From contig OY764159.1 in assembly GCA_963668175.1 (NCBI GenBank), positions 3,872,001 through 3,936,000 of the forward strand: a DNA stretch of 64,000 nucleotides. The letters run 5' to 3'. A program made the position numbers and the translations under genes. Below are positions 9,122 through 19,513 of the stretch, in pieces. The DNA is from Syntrophales bacterium. GTDB lineage: Bacteria; Desulfobacterota; Syntrophia; Syntrophales; PHBD01. The notes beneath the pieces are model-generated. The model was given only the letters and a program-made list of their open reading frames with translations, was not told the origin of the DNA and did no database searches. Within the stretch, counting starts at the first letter, position 1. Each line of letters opens with the position of its first letter.

Positions 9122-10348
9122 ATGCTCAAGCGATTGACCATCAATAAGTATATACTGAAAGAAATCGCCATTCCCTGCATGATGATTCTCTTTGTGCTGA
9201 CGTTTGTTCTGCTCATGGGCAAGATCGTCCAGCTTATGGATCTGATGGTCAATAAGGGCGTCAGTTTCCTGGACATATCCAAACTCATCATCTTCCTGAT
9301 GCCGTCGTTTCTGATTTTCACGGTGCCCATCTCCTTGCTCATCTCCATCCTCATCGGACTGGGAAGGCTTTCCGGCGACAACGAAATCACGGTCCTCAAG
9401 GTTTCCGGCGTCAGCCTTTACCAGCTCGCACAGCCGATCGTTTTCGCGTCGTTTGTCGCCTTCCTGATCACGGCCGTCGTCAGTTTCTTTCTTGTTCCGC
9501 AAGGCAATTACGCCACCAAGCGTCTGCTCTTCGATATCGTGAGACAAAAGGCGACGGTGGGCATCAAGGAAAAGGTCTTCAACGACGACTTCAAAGGGAT
9601 TCTGATCTATGCGGACAGGATCCCCGTCAGCGCGGAATACATGGAAGGCATCATTATCAACGACAACCGGATGATCAAGGAGCCGAGCACGATCTTCGCG
9701 CAGAAGGCCTACCTCATCTCCGATCCCAAGACCATGACCATCACGTTAAGGCTGGAAAAGGGGAGTTCCCACGTCGTCGATACCAACATGAAGTATTACC
9801 GGAAAATGGATTTCGCCGTCTACGACGTCAATCTCGACCTGGAATCCTCCGTATCGGACGAAGCCAAGGCTAAATCGAAATCGAGCACGGAGATGACCGT
9901 TGCCGAGCTGGTCTCCCAGATACGGAAGAAGGGGCTGGCGGAGACCGACATCCGCGAACTGGCCATCGAACTCAACAAAAAGATGACGATCCCCTTTTCC
10001 TGCATATTCTTCGGCATTCTCAGCATCCCTTTAGGCATAACAGCCCAAAGATCCGTCAAATCAAGGGGGTTCACTATCGGTTTTGCCGTTGTCCTGGCCT
10101 ACTACCTCCTGCAGATCGGCGGTGAAGCCCTGGCGGAAATGGGCAGGATATCCCCCGCTGTCGGGGCATGGACGCCTAATGTGATTTTCGGGACTCTTGG
10201 CGCTTACCTATTCATCATGGCGGCCCGGGAAAGGCCTTTGCCCCTTCACGCTCTTTTTGACCGCTGGATGGGGAAGATCAGAGAGAAACGTGCGGCGGCA
10301 AAGCATGAAGAGGTTCGCCATCCGGGCCGGAACGGCGATCAGAAATGA
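9122..10348 (+). CDS. lptF: LPS export ABC permease LptF
   Basis: YILKEI start, GRLSGDNEITVLKVSGVS, periplasmic domain, AWTPN. Confidence 0.88.
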   Translation: MLKRLTINKYILKEIAIPCMMILFVLTFVLLMGKIVQLMDLMVNKGVSFLDISKLIIFLMPSFLIFTVPISLLISILIGLGRLSGDNEITVLKVSGVSLYQLAQPIVFASFVAFLITAVVSFFLVPQGNYATKRLLFDIVRQKATVGIKEKVFNDDFKGILIYADRIPVSAEYMEGIIINDNRMIKEPSTIFAQKAYLISDPKTMTITLRLEKGSSHVVDTNMKYYRKMDFAVYDVNLDLESSVSDEAKAKSKSSTEMTVAELVSQIRKKGLAETDIRELAIELNKKMTIPFSCIFFGILSIPLGITAQRSVKSRGFTIGFAVVLAYYLLQIGGEALAEMGRISPAVGAWTPNVIFGTLGAYLFIMAARERPLPLHALFDRWMGKIREKRAAAKHEEVRHPGRNGDQK

Positions 10349-10352
10349 CGAC

Positions 10353-10397
10353 AAAAAAACGGGATAGGCTTTTCTGTTTCCGCCTACCCCGTTTTTT
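10353..10397. terminator. bidirectional intrinsic terminator between lptF and ahcY
   Basis: AAAAAAACGGG-A-TAGGC...GCCTA-C-CCCGTTTTTT stem with A and T tracts on both sides. Confidence 0.75.
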
Positions 10398-10423
10398 ATT
10401 TCTTCTTTATTGGCCCGATCACG

Positions 10424-11848
10424 CTAGTAGCGGTAGTGGTCCGCCTTGAAGGGCCCTTCGACGGGCACCCCGAGATAATCCGCCTGCTTCTTGGTCAGCT
10501 TGGTCAGCTTCACACCCAAGCGGCCGAGATGGAGACGCGCCACTTCTTCATCGAGCTTTTTCGGCAGCGTGTAAACGCCGGGCTTGAATTTCTTCGCTGC
10601 CAGTTCTATCTGTGCCAGGCACTGGTTGGTGAAACTGTTGCTCATAACGAAGCTGGGATGCCCCGTAGCGCAACCCAGGTTGACCAGCCGGCCTTCGGCA
10701 AGGACGATAATGGAACGACCCGACTTCAAGGTCCATTTATCGACCTGGGGCTTGATATTCTCCTTCTTGCAGCCTTTCGTCGTCTCCAGGTAATGCATAT
10801 CGATTTCGCTGTCGAAGTGGCCGATATTGCAGACAATGGCTTCGTTCTTCATCTGTTCCATGTGCTTGCCGGTAATGACGTTGCAGCAGCCGGTCGCGGT
10901 AACGAAGATATCGCCTTCCGGAAGGGCGTCTTCCAGGGTCGTAACTTCATAACCTTCCATGGCGGCCTGAAGGGCGCAGATAGGATCGATCTCCGTGATC
11001 AGAACCCTGGCGCCGAACCCTCTCATGGATTGCGCCGATCCTTTGCCCACATCGCCGTAGCCGCAAACGACCACGACTTTGCCCGCCACCATGATGTCCG
11101 TGGCCCGCTTGATCCCGTCGGCAAGGGATTCCCGGCAACCGTACAGGTTGTCGAATTTCGATTTCGTGACCGAATCGTTGACGTTGATCGCGGGAAAGAG
11201 GAGCTCACCGGCTCCCGCCATCTGGTACAGGCGGTGCACACCCGTTGTCGTCTCTTCCGACACGCCGCGTATCTTGGCCGCCATCTTCTGCCAGCGGCCG
11301 GGGTTCACCTTCAAGCGATGTTTGAGCCGGTCGACGATAACCTGCATTTCCTTGTTGTCGGACGGCTTGTTCAGAACAGAGGGATTCTTTTCCGCCTTGA
11401 CCCCCTGATGGACAAGAAGAGTGGCGTCACCGCCGTCGTCGACGATCAGATCGGGACCGGCCCCGTCCGGCCAGGTCAACGCCTGCTCCGTGCACCACCA
11501 GTATTCCTCCAGGGTCTCTCCCTTCCAGGCAAAGACCGCGGCGATGCCAGACTTCGCAACGGCCGCAGCGGCATGATCCTGGGTCGAAAAGATATTGCAG
11601 GAAGCCCAGCGGATATCCGCTCCCAGGAGACGCAACGTCTCGATCAGCATGGCCGTCTGAATGGTCATGTGCAGACTGCCCATGATCCTGAGGCCGGCAA
11701 GGGGCTTCTTGGAACCGTATTTCTTACGGACAGCCATGAGACCCGGCATTTCGTTTTCGGAAAGCTTCATTTCCTTCCTCCCCCACTCGGCGAGGGAGAG
11801 GTCGGCCACCTTGTATTTCAATTTCGGATCAATTTCCAAGAAAGCCAT
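10424..11848 (-). CDS. ahcY: adenosylhomocysteinase
   Basis: [52 protein letters not shown]-terminal YRY. Confidence 0.97.
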   Translation of the reverse strand: MAFLEIDPKLKYKVADLSLAEWGRKEMKLSENEMPGLMAVRKKYGSKKPLAGLRIMGSLHMTIQTAMLIETLRLLGADIRWASCNIFSTQDHAAAAVAKSGIAAVFAWKGETLEEYWWCTEQALTWPDGAGPDLIVDDGGDATLLVHQGVKAEKNPSVLNKPSDNKEMQVIVDRLKHRLKVNPGRWQKMAAKIRGVSEETTTGVHRLYQMAGAGELLFPAINVNDSVTKSKFDNLYGCRESLADGIKRATDIMVAGKVVVVCGYGDVGKGSAQSMRGFGARVLITEIDPICALQAAMEGYEVTTLEDALPEGDIFVTATGCCNVITGKHMEQMKNEAIVCNIGHFDSEIDMHYLETTKGCKKENIKPQVDKWTLKSGRSIIVLAEGRLVNLGCATGHPSFVMSNSFTNQCLAQIELAAKKFKPGVYTLPKKLDEEVARLHLGRLGVKLTKLTKKQADYLGVPVEGPFKADHYRY

Positions 11849-11861
11849 AAATTCCCTTTCT

Positions 11862-13034
11862 CTAGGCAAGTGCTTTTTTCAATGCGTCTGCCTTGTCGGT
11901 CTTTTCCCAGGGATAATCGTCCAGGAAGAGTGTTCTGCAGATTTTCCTGTAGATATCTCCCCGCAACATGCCGAAACCTTCGATCATTCCCCGGGGGGTC
12001 AAATCGAAAATATCCCTGACGGCGTCGGCGATACGTTCATCGGAAACGGCGCCCGTGCCGAACGTATTCACATAAATAGAGATCGGCTTCGCCATGCCGA
12101 TGGCGTAGGCCAATTGTACGGAACATTTCTTGGCGAGACCCGCCGCAACGATGTTTTTCGCCACATACCGCACACCGAAGGCCGCCGTGCAATCGACCTT
12201 CTCGGGCGACTTGTTGACGACCGAACCGCCACCCAACTGGGCACCGGGATAACCGCCGTAAAGCTGGACCACCAACTTCCGTCCTGTAACACCGGAATCG
12301 GCCGCGCTGCAGGAGTTGACGGCCTGCCATTCCCCTGTCGGATTGAAGAGAAATTCCGTATTCTTGTCGATCCATCCGTTCAGGCAATCCAGGGCAATCT
12401 GCCGGGCCTGCTGTTCGACACTGTTTTTGAAGCTGTCCGGCACCTGGCGATAATCTATGGCATTGGACATCAGGACCGTGGAGACCCTTTTCGGAACACC
12501 GTCGACATATTCCACGGTCACCTGCCCTTTACCGTCCGGGGCAAACACCGGATTCCCGCAATGCTCAAAGGCCTTCATCATCCGGCTCACAAGGACATAG
12601 GGAAGCGGCAGCAGTTCCGGCGTTTCATCGCAGGCGAATCCATACATAATCCCCTGGTCGCCGGCCCCTATTTCTTTATATTTGCCGAGGTCGGCCCTTG
12701 TTCCAATATTGATGTCCGGAGATTGGGGGATGATGGCGTTCAAAACACCGATCGAATAACCGTTCAGACCCAAGGCCGTTTCTTTGTAACCCAATGAGAC
12801 AACGGTGTCCCGTACGCTCTTTTCGATATCGACATAAACCCTCGTGGAAACCTCTCCGCCGACTATACAGAGCCCTTTGCCGAGAAAAACCTCAAGCCCG
12901 CAATGAGGCATCGTATCGATGGTCATGCCTTTCTTCAGTTCGCGGTCGATGATCTCGGCAATAATGTTGGACGCTATGCAATCGGCTACGATATCCGGAT
13001 GGCCTACTTTGACACCTTCTGACGTAATGCGCAT
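11862..13034 (-). CDS. metK: methionine adenosyltransferase (divergent)
   Basis: TSExVxx[33 protein letters not shown]; upstream of ahcY. Confidence 0.92.
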   Translation of the reverse strand: MRITSEGVKVGHPDIVADCIASNIIAEIIDRELKKGMTIDTMPHCGLEVFLGKGLCIVGGEVSTRVYVDIEKSVRDTVVSLGYKETALGLNGYSIGVLNAIIPQSPDINIGTRADLGKYKEIGAGDQGIMYGFACDETPELLPLPYVLVSRMMKAFEHCGNPVFAPDGKGQVTVEYVDGVPKRVSTVLMSNAIDYRQVPDSFKNSVEQQARQIALDCLNGWIDKNTEFLFNPTGEWQAVNSCSAADSGVTGRKLVVQLYGGYPGAQLGGGSVVNKSPEKVDCTAAFGVRYVAKNIVAAGLAKKCSVQLAYAIGMAKPISIYVNTFGTGAVSDERIADAVRDIFDLTPRGMIEGFGMLRGDIYRKICRTLFLDDYPWEKTDKADALKKALA

Positions 13035-13106
13035 ATGTTATCTCCTTTTTTTATTCATTCTCTTTATCATATTTAACCACGATGGGAATTTCCTGCAAAT
13101 CTATCA

Positions 13107-13790
13107 TTAATCCGCTCCACCAGGACTCAAAGCGGGAAGTACGATGCCGCAGGACATAACAAGCGTAAAGGCTTCCTCCACGGACATTTCCGAAGGAATC
13201 ACGTCACTTTCGGGAACGATCAAGAAATACCCGTTGGTGGGCATGGGTGTCGTCGGTACAAAAACGCATAGATTCCCGCTTCCCGAAGATTTCTGTAACG
13301 CCCCCTCGACGTGGCCTGTAACAAAGCCGACTGTATACATCCCTTTTCTTGGAAACTCAAGAAGTACGACTTTCTTAAAGCTACGTCCCCTGTCGGCAAA
13401 CATACCGTCCACGACTTGTTTTGTCGCTCTGTAAATACTGCCTACTACAGGTATTCTGTTCACAAGGTTTTCGCCGGTTGTAACGGCCCTCTTGCCTATA
13501 TAACTCTTGGTAATGAGACCGCATATCAGGATCAGAATGACCATGACTATCACCCCCAGCCCCGGTATGTGAAACCCTAGGAAATTATCAGGATGATAAG
13601 CTTTCGGAATTAAAAGAAATAAACCGTCCATCAGGGTAATCAAAAAGAACAGGATATAGATCGTCACCCCTACGGGAATGGTTACGACCAACCCTGTCAA
13701 AAATATCTGTTTGATTTTTTTCTTCAATTCCCAAAAACCCGATTCTCGGGGAGTCGAGGATTTACTAGCAAAAAGAATTCCAATTATCAA
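13107..13790 (-). CDS. DUF502 membrane protein
   Basis: FLTGLVVTIP, RIPVVGSIY, EFPRKG, VFVPTTPMPTNG, MSVEEA; real start may be about 20 codons downstream. Confidence 0.85.
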   Translation of the reverse strand: MIIGILFASKSSTPRESGFWELKKKIKQIFLTGLVVTIPVGVTIYILFFLITLMDGLFLLIPKAYHPDNFLGFHIPGLGVIVMVILILICGLITKSYIGKRAVTTGENLVNRIPVVGSIYRATKQVVDGMFADRGRSFKKVVLLEFPRKGMYTVGFVTGHVEGALQKSSGSGNLCVFVPTTPMPTNGYFLIVPESDVIPSEMSVEEAFTLVMSCGIVLPALSPGGAD

Positions 13791-13832
13791 CCATAATTAT
13801 AAATAATTCCGTCCTCTACCCGTCAAGCCTTC

Positions 13833-14663
13833 CTAAAGCACGCGCCGCTTCAGTTTGTTCTCATGGATGATGGTTGCGGCGATCTCCTCGACGGACATGG
13901 TCGTAATATTGATATAAGGTATATCTTCCGAGATAAACAGCGATTCCGCCATGGCAATCTCCCGCTGGCATTGAAACAGGGATGCGTAACGCGAGTCCGG
14001 GCGCCTCTCCGACCGTATCTTCTGCAGGCGGTCCGGATTGATGGTCAATCCGAACAGTTTGTTTCTGAAAGGCGCCAGGATTGAGCGAATTTTCTTATCC
14101 GTGCTGAAGAAATCCTCTTCGGTCAGGGGGTAGTTGGCGGCATAGATGCCGAATTGCAGCCCGAGATAGATGCAGGTCGGCGTTTTTCCCGCCCGGGAGA
14201 CGCCGATCAGGATAACATCGGCATGGTCATAGTTTTTTATCATGATCCCGTCGTCATGTCCCAGGGCATAATTGACGGCATCGATACGGACATTATAGGT
14301 GCTGTCGTTCACCATCCCGTGGAAACGGCCGACGGTATGGGACGACTGCATGCTGAGAACATTTTCCAGACGGGTGATAAAGGTATCGATAAAGTCGAAC
14401 ACGACCCCAGAGCTGTTCATGATTTTCTGGCGTATCTCCGGTTCCACGAGCGTGCTGAAGACGATGGGACTGATCCCGGATTCCACGGCGCTGTTGTTGA
14501 TCCTGTGAACGGCATTATCAGCCTTGGCTACACTGTCGATGAAGGGAAGGATCACTTGATCGAACTGAATATGGTCGAACTGCGTCAGCAGGCTTTGGCC
14601 CAAGGTTTGAACTGTAATGGCCGTGCTGTCCGAGATGAAAAATATTGTTCGCTTAGGATTCAT
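13833..14663 (-). CDS. ppsR: PEP synthase/pyruvate,Pi dikinase regulatory kinase-pyrophosphorylase (DUF299)
   Basis: FISDST, HDDG, ADVILIGVSRAGKTPT, AANYP, SVEEIA. Confidence 0.9.
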   Translation of the reverse strand: MNPKRTIFFISDSTAITVQTLGQSLLTQFDHIQFDQVILPFIDSVAKADNAVHRINNSAVESGISPIVFSTLVEPEIRQKIMNSSGVVFDFIDTFITRLENVLSMQSSHTVGRFHGMVNDSTYNVRIDAVNYALGHDDGIMIKNYDHADVILIGVSRAGKTPTCIYLGLQFGIYAANYPLTEEDFFSTDKKIRSILAPFRNKLFGLTINPDRLQKIRSERRPDSRYASLFQCQREIAMAESLFISEDIPYINITTMSVEEIAATIIHENKLKRRVL

Positions 14664-14898
14664 GAATAATATACCTCTCGTATGGATTTACTATAATCAA
14701 ATTTAGGAAGCAATTTCTTTTGAGCTTGTCCGCCGAGAAAAAGCCTTTCCGATCGATGCGGTCCGCCGTGCCATCGCTTATGTCTTTGGCAAATTTGTGA
14801 CGTCAGGGTGGCACCATTGCTTCCCGCCTTCCATCTCTGCAGTTCATGTTGAATAGAGATTGGGTATATGCTAGACAATTGGGTTTTAAGGAATACGC

Positions 14899-17800
14899 AT
14901 GCGAAAAATCATCACCAGACAACAGACGGATTTTGACCGGGCCTTCAGCGAACTTGTCGGCGCCATCGATGCCGGCGAAACAGGTATCAGGATCGCCGGA
15001 TTGCAGGGGGCGGCATGGACCTTTCTTATCGCCGTCCTTTTTACACGCATACAGAAGACACTGGTCCTGGTCACGGCGAACGAACAGGAAGCCGTCCGTT
15101 TCCATAATGACCTGACATTCTTCCTGGACGAACGGGACGTCCTGCTCTATCCCCCCTGGGATATCCTGTCGGTCGATCTCTTCTCCGTCCGCAGGGAAGT
15201 GGAGATTCCCCGCATCGAAGTCCTCTGCCGGATGTTGTCCGGGCACCCTTCGATCATTGTCGTTCCTTATCTCGCGATGCTGCAAAAAACCATGCCCAGG
15301 ACCGTTCTGGAGGAATACCGGCAGAACATTTCCATCGGCGACAATCTTGACAGAGAGTTGTTGGCCGCAAAAATGATCGCGGGCGGGTATCACCGGACAA
15401 CCCTTGTGGAAGAGCCGGGAGCATTCAGTATCCGTGGCCACATGGTGGACGTTTTTCCTCCCACGGAGGCAGAGCCGCTGCGTATCGAGATGTTCGGAGA
15501 CGAGATAGAATCCATTCGCTATTTCGACCCGGTGTCGCAAAGATCGATCAGGGAAATTACGGATTTCTTTCTCACGCCCGCCCGAGAGGAGATTATCACA
15601 GACGATGACCGGCCCCTCGTAATCGCCAACGTCAAGAAGCGGATCCAGGAGCTTGACCTTTCCAAAAGCGTCAGGAACAGACTCATCGAGACCATCGACG
15701 GCCAATGGACGTCTTCCTTCAACCCCCTTTTCCTTCCCCTGTTCTACGACTATGACAACGCGGGCGCTGACGACCGCGAAAGTTCTCATGGGAACCCTGT
15801 CGCCCGGACATCCGGCGTATTCCTGGACTTTGTCCCGGAGGACGGCATTGTCGTCTTTGACGACTTAAGGGAGCTGGAAAGGGGCGGCGACAGGGTCGCA
15901 ACGGATATCGACCGGTTGCTTGCCAAAGCGGCCTCTGAGGAAAAATTCTATCTTCCCAGGGAAAGATCTTTTGCCGACGCGGAGGACGTCTTCGAGGATG
16001 CCGGAAAATTCCAGCGGATCGACAGAGGGGGACTCCTTGCCGAAATCGAAGAGACCGATTTCGCCCATACCATCAGGATCTCTTCGGAACAAGTGGAGGG
16101 AATCAAGGGCGTCGCCAGGGAACCGGGAGGTGACGGCGGTCTTTTAGACCCCTTGATCGATCACATACGAACCTGGGCGTCCAGAGGTTTCCTCATGGCC
16201 ATCGTCTGTACCGGTCAGGAGGACCTGCAGAGAATGGCCCACCTGCTGGATCAATACGACCTCATACCCGCGCGGATGGACCCCCGGCAGTTGACCGATA
16301 TCGATCATTACGACGTCCGCAGCAGCCTTGTCCTCTCGGAAGGCAGGATTTCCAACAGTTTCAGCATTCCAGGACTGAAACTTGCCATCATCAACGCCAA
16401 CGACATCTTCGGCAGGAAAGCAGCCAGACGGCGCCAGCGTTCCGCCAGGGAGGGATTCTTCCTCAAATCCTTCAGCGAGCTTTCGGAAGGAGACTTTGTC
16501 GTCCACACCGAACACGGCATCGGCATCTACAGGGGACTGCAGAAGCTTACCGTGGGGAACATCGGCAACGATTTTCTCGTCGTGGAATATCTTGACAATG
16601 ACAAGCTCTACCTGCCCGTGGACCGCCTGGAGCATATCCAGCGATATCTGGGCCCGGAGGAGCATATACCTAAAATGGACAAGCTGGGAGGCACATCCTG
16701 GGAGGCTGTCAAGGAACGGGTCAAAAAGTCCGTCCGCGAAGTGGCCGAAGAGCTTGTCTCCATTTACGCCGCCCGGGAAATCATGGAACGGGATGCCTTT
16801 ACGCCGCCCGACAGGCTCTATCAGGAATTTGCCTCCTGCTTCCCCTTCGAGGAAACTCCCGACCAGATCAGGGCGATCGACGATATTCACCAGGATCTGA
16901 GCGATTCGAAACCGATGGACCGGCTGATATGCGGCGATGCGGGATTCGGAAAAACGGAAGTCGCCATCAGGGCGTCGTTTCGGGCCGTCATGGACGGCAA
17001 GCAGGTTGCTGTCCTCGTTCCCACGACCATCCTGGCCGAGCAGCATTATCATACGTTCTGCGACCGTCTGAAGGAGTATCCGATTCAGGTCGCCGTGATG
17101 AACCGCCTGAAGACCAAAGTTCAGCAGCAGGAAATATTAAAAGGCATCCAGGATGGAAGCGTCGATATCCTCGTGGGCACGCATCGCATCCTGCAGAAAG
17201 ACGTCCAATTCAAGAACCTGGGTCTCGTCATCGTCGACGAGGAACAGCGCTTCGGGGTCGCACACAAGGAAAAACTGAAGAAAATGAGGACCCTTGTCGA
17301 CGTCCTGACGCTGTCGGCAACCCCGATTCCCAGGACGCTCCACCTCTCGCTTGTCGGCATCCGCGATCTTTCCATCATCAACACGCCGCCCGAGGATCGC
17401 ATGCCCATAAAAACATATGTTCTCGAATTTAATGAAGATGTTATAAAAGAGGCCGTCGAGAAAGAACTGGCGCGGAAGGGACAGGTCTTTTTCGTTCACG
17501 ATCGAATCCAATCGATCTATGCCATGGCGAGACTGGTATCGAAGCTGGTTCCCGAAGCCAAAATCGGTATCGTCCACGGCCGCATGAAAAGCAAAGACAT
17601 CGAAGATACGATGGTAAAATTCGTGAAAAAAGACTATGATGTTTTGGTTTGCACGACCATTGTCGCCTCAGGCGTCGACATCCCTGCGGCCAATACCATC
17701 GTCATCAACCGGGCCGACCGGTTCGGACTTTCACAGTTGTACCAGATAAGAGGCAGAGTGGGCCGCTCCAGGGAAGAGGCGTATGCATATCTGCTGGTTC

Positions 17801-18486
17801 CAAAAGGGGCCATGCTTTCGAGAGACGCCCAAAAACGTCTTCAGGTCATCATGGATTTATCCGAACCCGGCTCCGGTTTCCGTATCGCCTCCAACGACCT
17901 GGAGATTCGGGGAGCGGGAAATCTCCTCGGGATATCCCAATCGGGGCATGTTTCCGCCGTGGGATACGAGCTGTACACGGAGTTGATGGAGAAGACCATC
18001 AGGGAACTGAAAGGGGAGGCCATACCGGAAGAGGAGACGAAACCCGAGATCCAACTGGGAATCCCGGCCTTCATCCCCGAAGATTACATGACCGACAAAC
18101 ATACGAGACTGCTAACCTATAAGAAATTGTCCATCGCGGCGGCGGACGAAGAATTGGATGAAATCAGGGAAGGACTGGTCGACAATTACGGCTATATCCC
18201 CGATGAACTCACCAATCTTTTCCAGGTGATCCGGATCAAAAACTGCTTGAAGAAGATCAAAGGAAAGCGCATGCTTTACGATGGAAGTGTTCTTTCGATC
18301 ATGTTCGACCGGAACAGCCCGCTGGACCCGTTGCGGCTCGTAAAACTATCCAAGCGGGAGTTGAAGGGTATGCGGTTTACCCCCGATTTCAAATTGAGCA
18401 TACCTCTCACAAGCCCTTCCGCGCAAGACCTCGCCGGAAAGATTATGTACATTCTTCATGACCTGAAGGAAGACCGCCATGCGTAA
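14899..18486 (+). CDS. mfd: transcription-repair coupling factor
   Basis: VVHTEHGIG, MDRLICGDAGFGKTEVA, DEEQRFG, SATPIPRT, QIRGRVGR, DLEIRGAGNLLG. Confidence 0.97.
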   Translation: MRKIITRQQTDFDRAFSELVGAIDAGETGIRIAGLQGAAWTFLIAVLFTRIQKTLVLVTANEQEAVRFHNDLTFFLDERDVLLYPPWDILSVDLFSVRREVEIPRIEVLCRMLSGHPSIIVVPYLAMLQKTMPRTVLEEYRQNISIGDNLDRELLAAKMIAGGYHRTTLVEEPGAFSIRGHMVDVFPPTEAEPLRIEMFGDEIESIRYFDPVSQRSIREITDFFLTPAREEIITDDDRPLVIANVKKRIQELDLSKSVRNRLIETIDGQWTSSFNPLFLPLFYDYDNAGADDRESSHGNPVARTSGVFLDFVPEDGIVVFDDLRELERGGDRVATDIDRLLAKAASEEKFYLPRERSFADAEDVFEDAGKFQRIDRGGLLAEIEETDFAHTIRISSEQVEGIKGVAREPGGDGGLLDPLIDHIRTWASRGFLMAIVCTGQEDLQRMAHLLDQYDLIPARMDPRQLTDIDHYDVRSSLVLSEGRISNSFSIPGLKLAIINANDIFGRKAARRRQRSAREGFFLKSFSELSEGDFVVHTEHGIGIYRGLQKLTVGNIGNDFLVVEYLDNDKLYLPVDRLEHIQRYLGPEEHIPKMDKLGGTSWEAVKERVKKSVREVAEELVSIYAAREIMERDAFTPPDRLYQEFASCFPFEETPDQIRAIDDIHQDLSDSKPMDRLICGDAGFGKTEVAIRASFRAVMDGKQVAVLVPTTILAEQHYHTFCDRLKEYPIQVAVMNRLKTKVQQQEILKGIQDGSVDILVGTHRILQKDVQFKNLGLVIVDEEQRFGVAHKEKLKKMRTLVDVLTLSATPIPRTLHLSLVGIRDLSIINTPPEDRMPIKTYVLEFNEDVIKEAVEKELARKGQVFFVHDRIQSIYAMARLVSKLVPEAKIGIVHGRMKSKDIEDTMVKFVKKDYDVLVCTTIVASGVDIPAANTIVINRADRFGLSQLYQIRGRVGRSREEAYAYLLVPKGAMLSRDAQKRLQVIMDLSEPGSGFRIASNDLEIRGAGNLLGISQSGHVSAVGYELYTELMEKTIRELKGEAIPEEETKPEIQLGIPAFIPEDYMTDKHTRLLTYKKLSIAAADEELDEIREGLVDNYGYIPDELTNLFQVIRIKNCLKKIKGKRMLYDGSVLSIMFDRNSPLDPLRLVKLSKRELKGMRFTPDFKLSIPLTSPSAQDLAGKIMYILHDLKEDRHA

Positions 18487-19444
18487 CGGGCTGATATGGA
18501 TAACATGTGCGCTGATCGCCCTCGTTATCGTATCGGGCTGCCAGAAACAGGATGCTGTTTATGTGGCCTCGATCAACGCCGATAAAATCACCCTTACTGA
18601 ATATCGGGACCGGATTTTCAAACAATTGAATCCCTCCGGCCCAAAGGCTCCCGTCACGGTTCCCGATGAGGAGAAGCTCAAGGACGAAGTCCTGAACATC
18701 ATGATTATGGAAAGGCTGATGCTGCAAAGGGCGCGTGAGCTTTCCCTGAGCGTGAGCGATGCCGAGTTGGAAAAGGTTGTCCAGGAGATCAAGAAAGATT
18801 ATAGTGAAGAGCGTTTTCAACAGAACTTTTCGCAGGACAAGGCAAGCTTCGATCTCTGGAAAGGGGAACTCAGAAACCGCATCCTGATGGAAAAACTGGT
18901 CCAGGTCGAGGTCAACTCGAAAATTACGGTCGCAGACACTGAAGCAGCGGCCTTTTACAAGACCCACATGGGTAATTTCAAATCGGCTCCAAGGGTTCAT
19001 GTCGCCCAAATCGTCGTGAGGGATCAGGCCAAAGCAGAGGCGATTTTGCAGAAATTGAATTCGGGGGCTTCTTTCGAAACGATTGCGAAAGAAGAATCGA
19101 TTGCCCCGGAAGCAGAGAGGGGCGGCGACCTCGGTTTTTTTTCCCGCGGAATCCTGCCGGAGGAAATCGATTCCGTCGTCTTTGTCCTGCCCGTGGGAAA
19201 GATAAGCCGGATTGTCAAGAGCGTTTATGGATATCATATTTTTAAAGTAATCAAAAAGGAACAGGGCGGCCAGAAGTCTTTCGCTGATGTCAAAGAGCAG
19301 ATCCTGGCCGACCTAAAAAAACAGAAGGAAGAACAGGCTTATGTCCAATGGCTTCAGGCCCTGCGTTCCAAGGCCACGATCCGAATCCATGCGGACGTCG
19401 TGAAAAAGCTGGATATCAAATCCAAATCGGACCGGCAGAAATAG
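18479..19444 (+). CDS. parvulin-type peptidyl-prolyl isomerase lipoprotein (PrsA/SurA-like)
   Basis: Lipobox VSGC; SurA-N-like region; GGDLG, GYHI. Confidence 0.85.
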   Translation: MRNGLIWITCALIALVIVSGCQKQDAVYVASINADKITLTEYRDRIFKQLNPSGPKAPVTVPDEEKLKDEVLNIMIMERLMLQRARELSLSVSDAELEKVVQEIKKDYSEERFQQNFSQDKASFDLWKGELRNRILMEKLVQVEVNSKITVADTEAAAFYKTHMGNFKSAPRVHVAQIVVRDQAKAEAILQKLNSGASFETIAKEESIAPEAERGGDLGFFSRGILPEEIDSVVFVLPVGKISRIVKSVYGYHIFKVIKKEQGGQKSFADVKEQILADLKKQKEEQAYVQWLQALRSKATIRIHADVVKKLDIKSKSDRQK

Positions 19445-19513
19445 CGGCCCCCTCGGATGATAGGCCGCGATAAGCCGGGGAAATTGGTTCATCAAGCACA
19501 CGGGGAGGTTCAA

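Noticed and set aside
10436..12797. Long plus-strand ORFs (527 and 378 aa), and similar antisense ORFs at 5358-6689, 32637-34238 and 44652-45839
   Set aside because: Antisense shadows of well-supported genes in GC-rich DNA; no recognisable motifs
13035..13106. SAM riboswitch upstream of metK
   Set aside because: Only about 70 nt, AT-rich, no SAM-I/II signature
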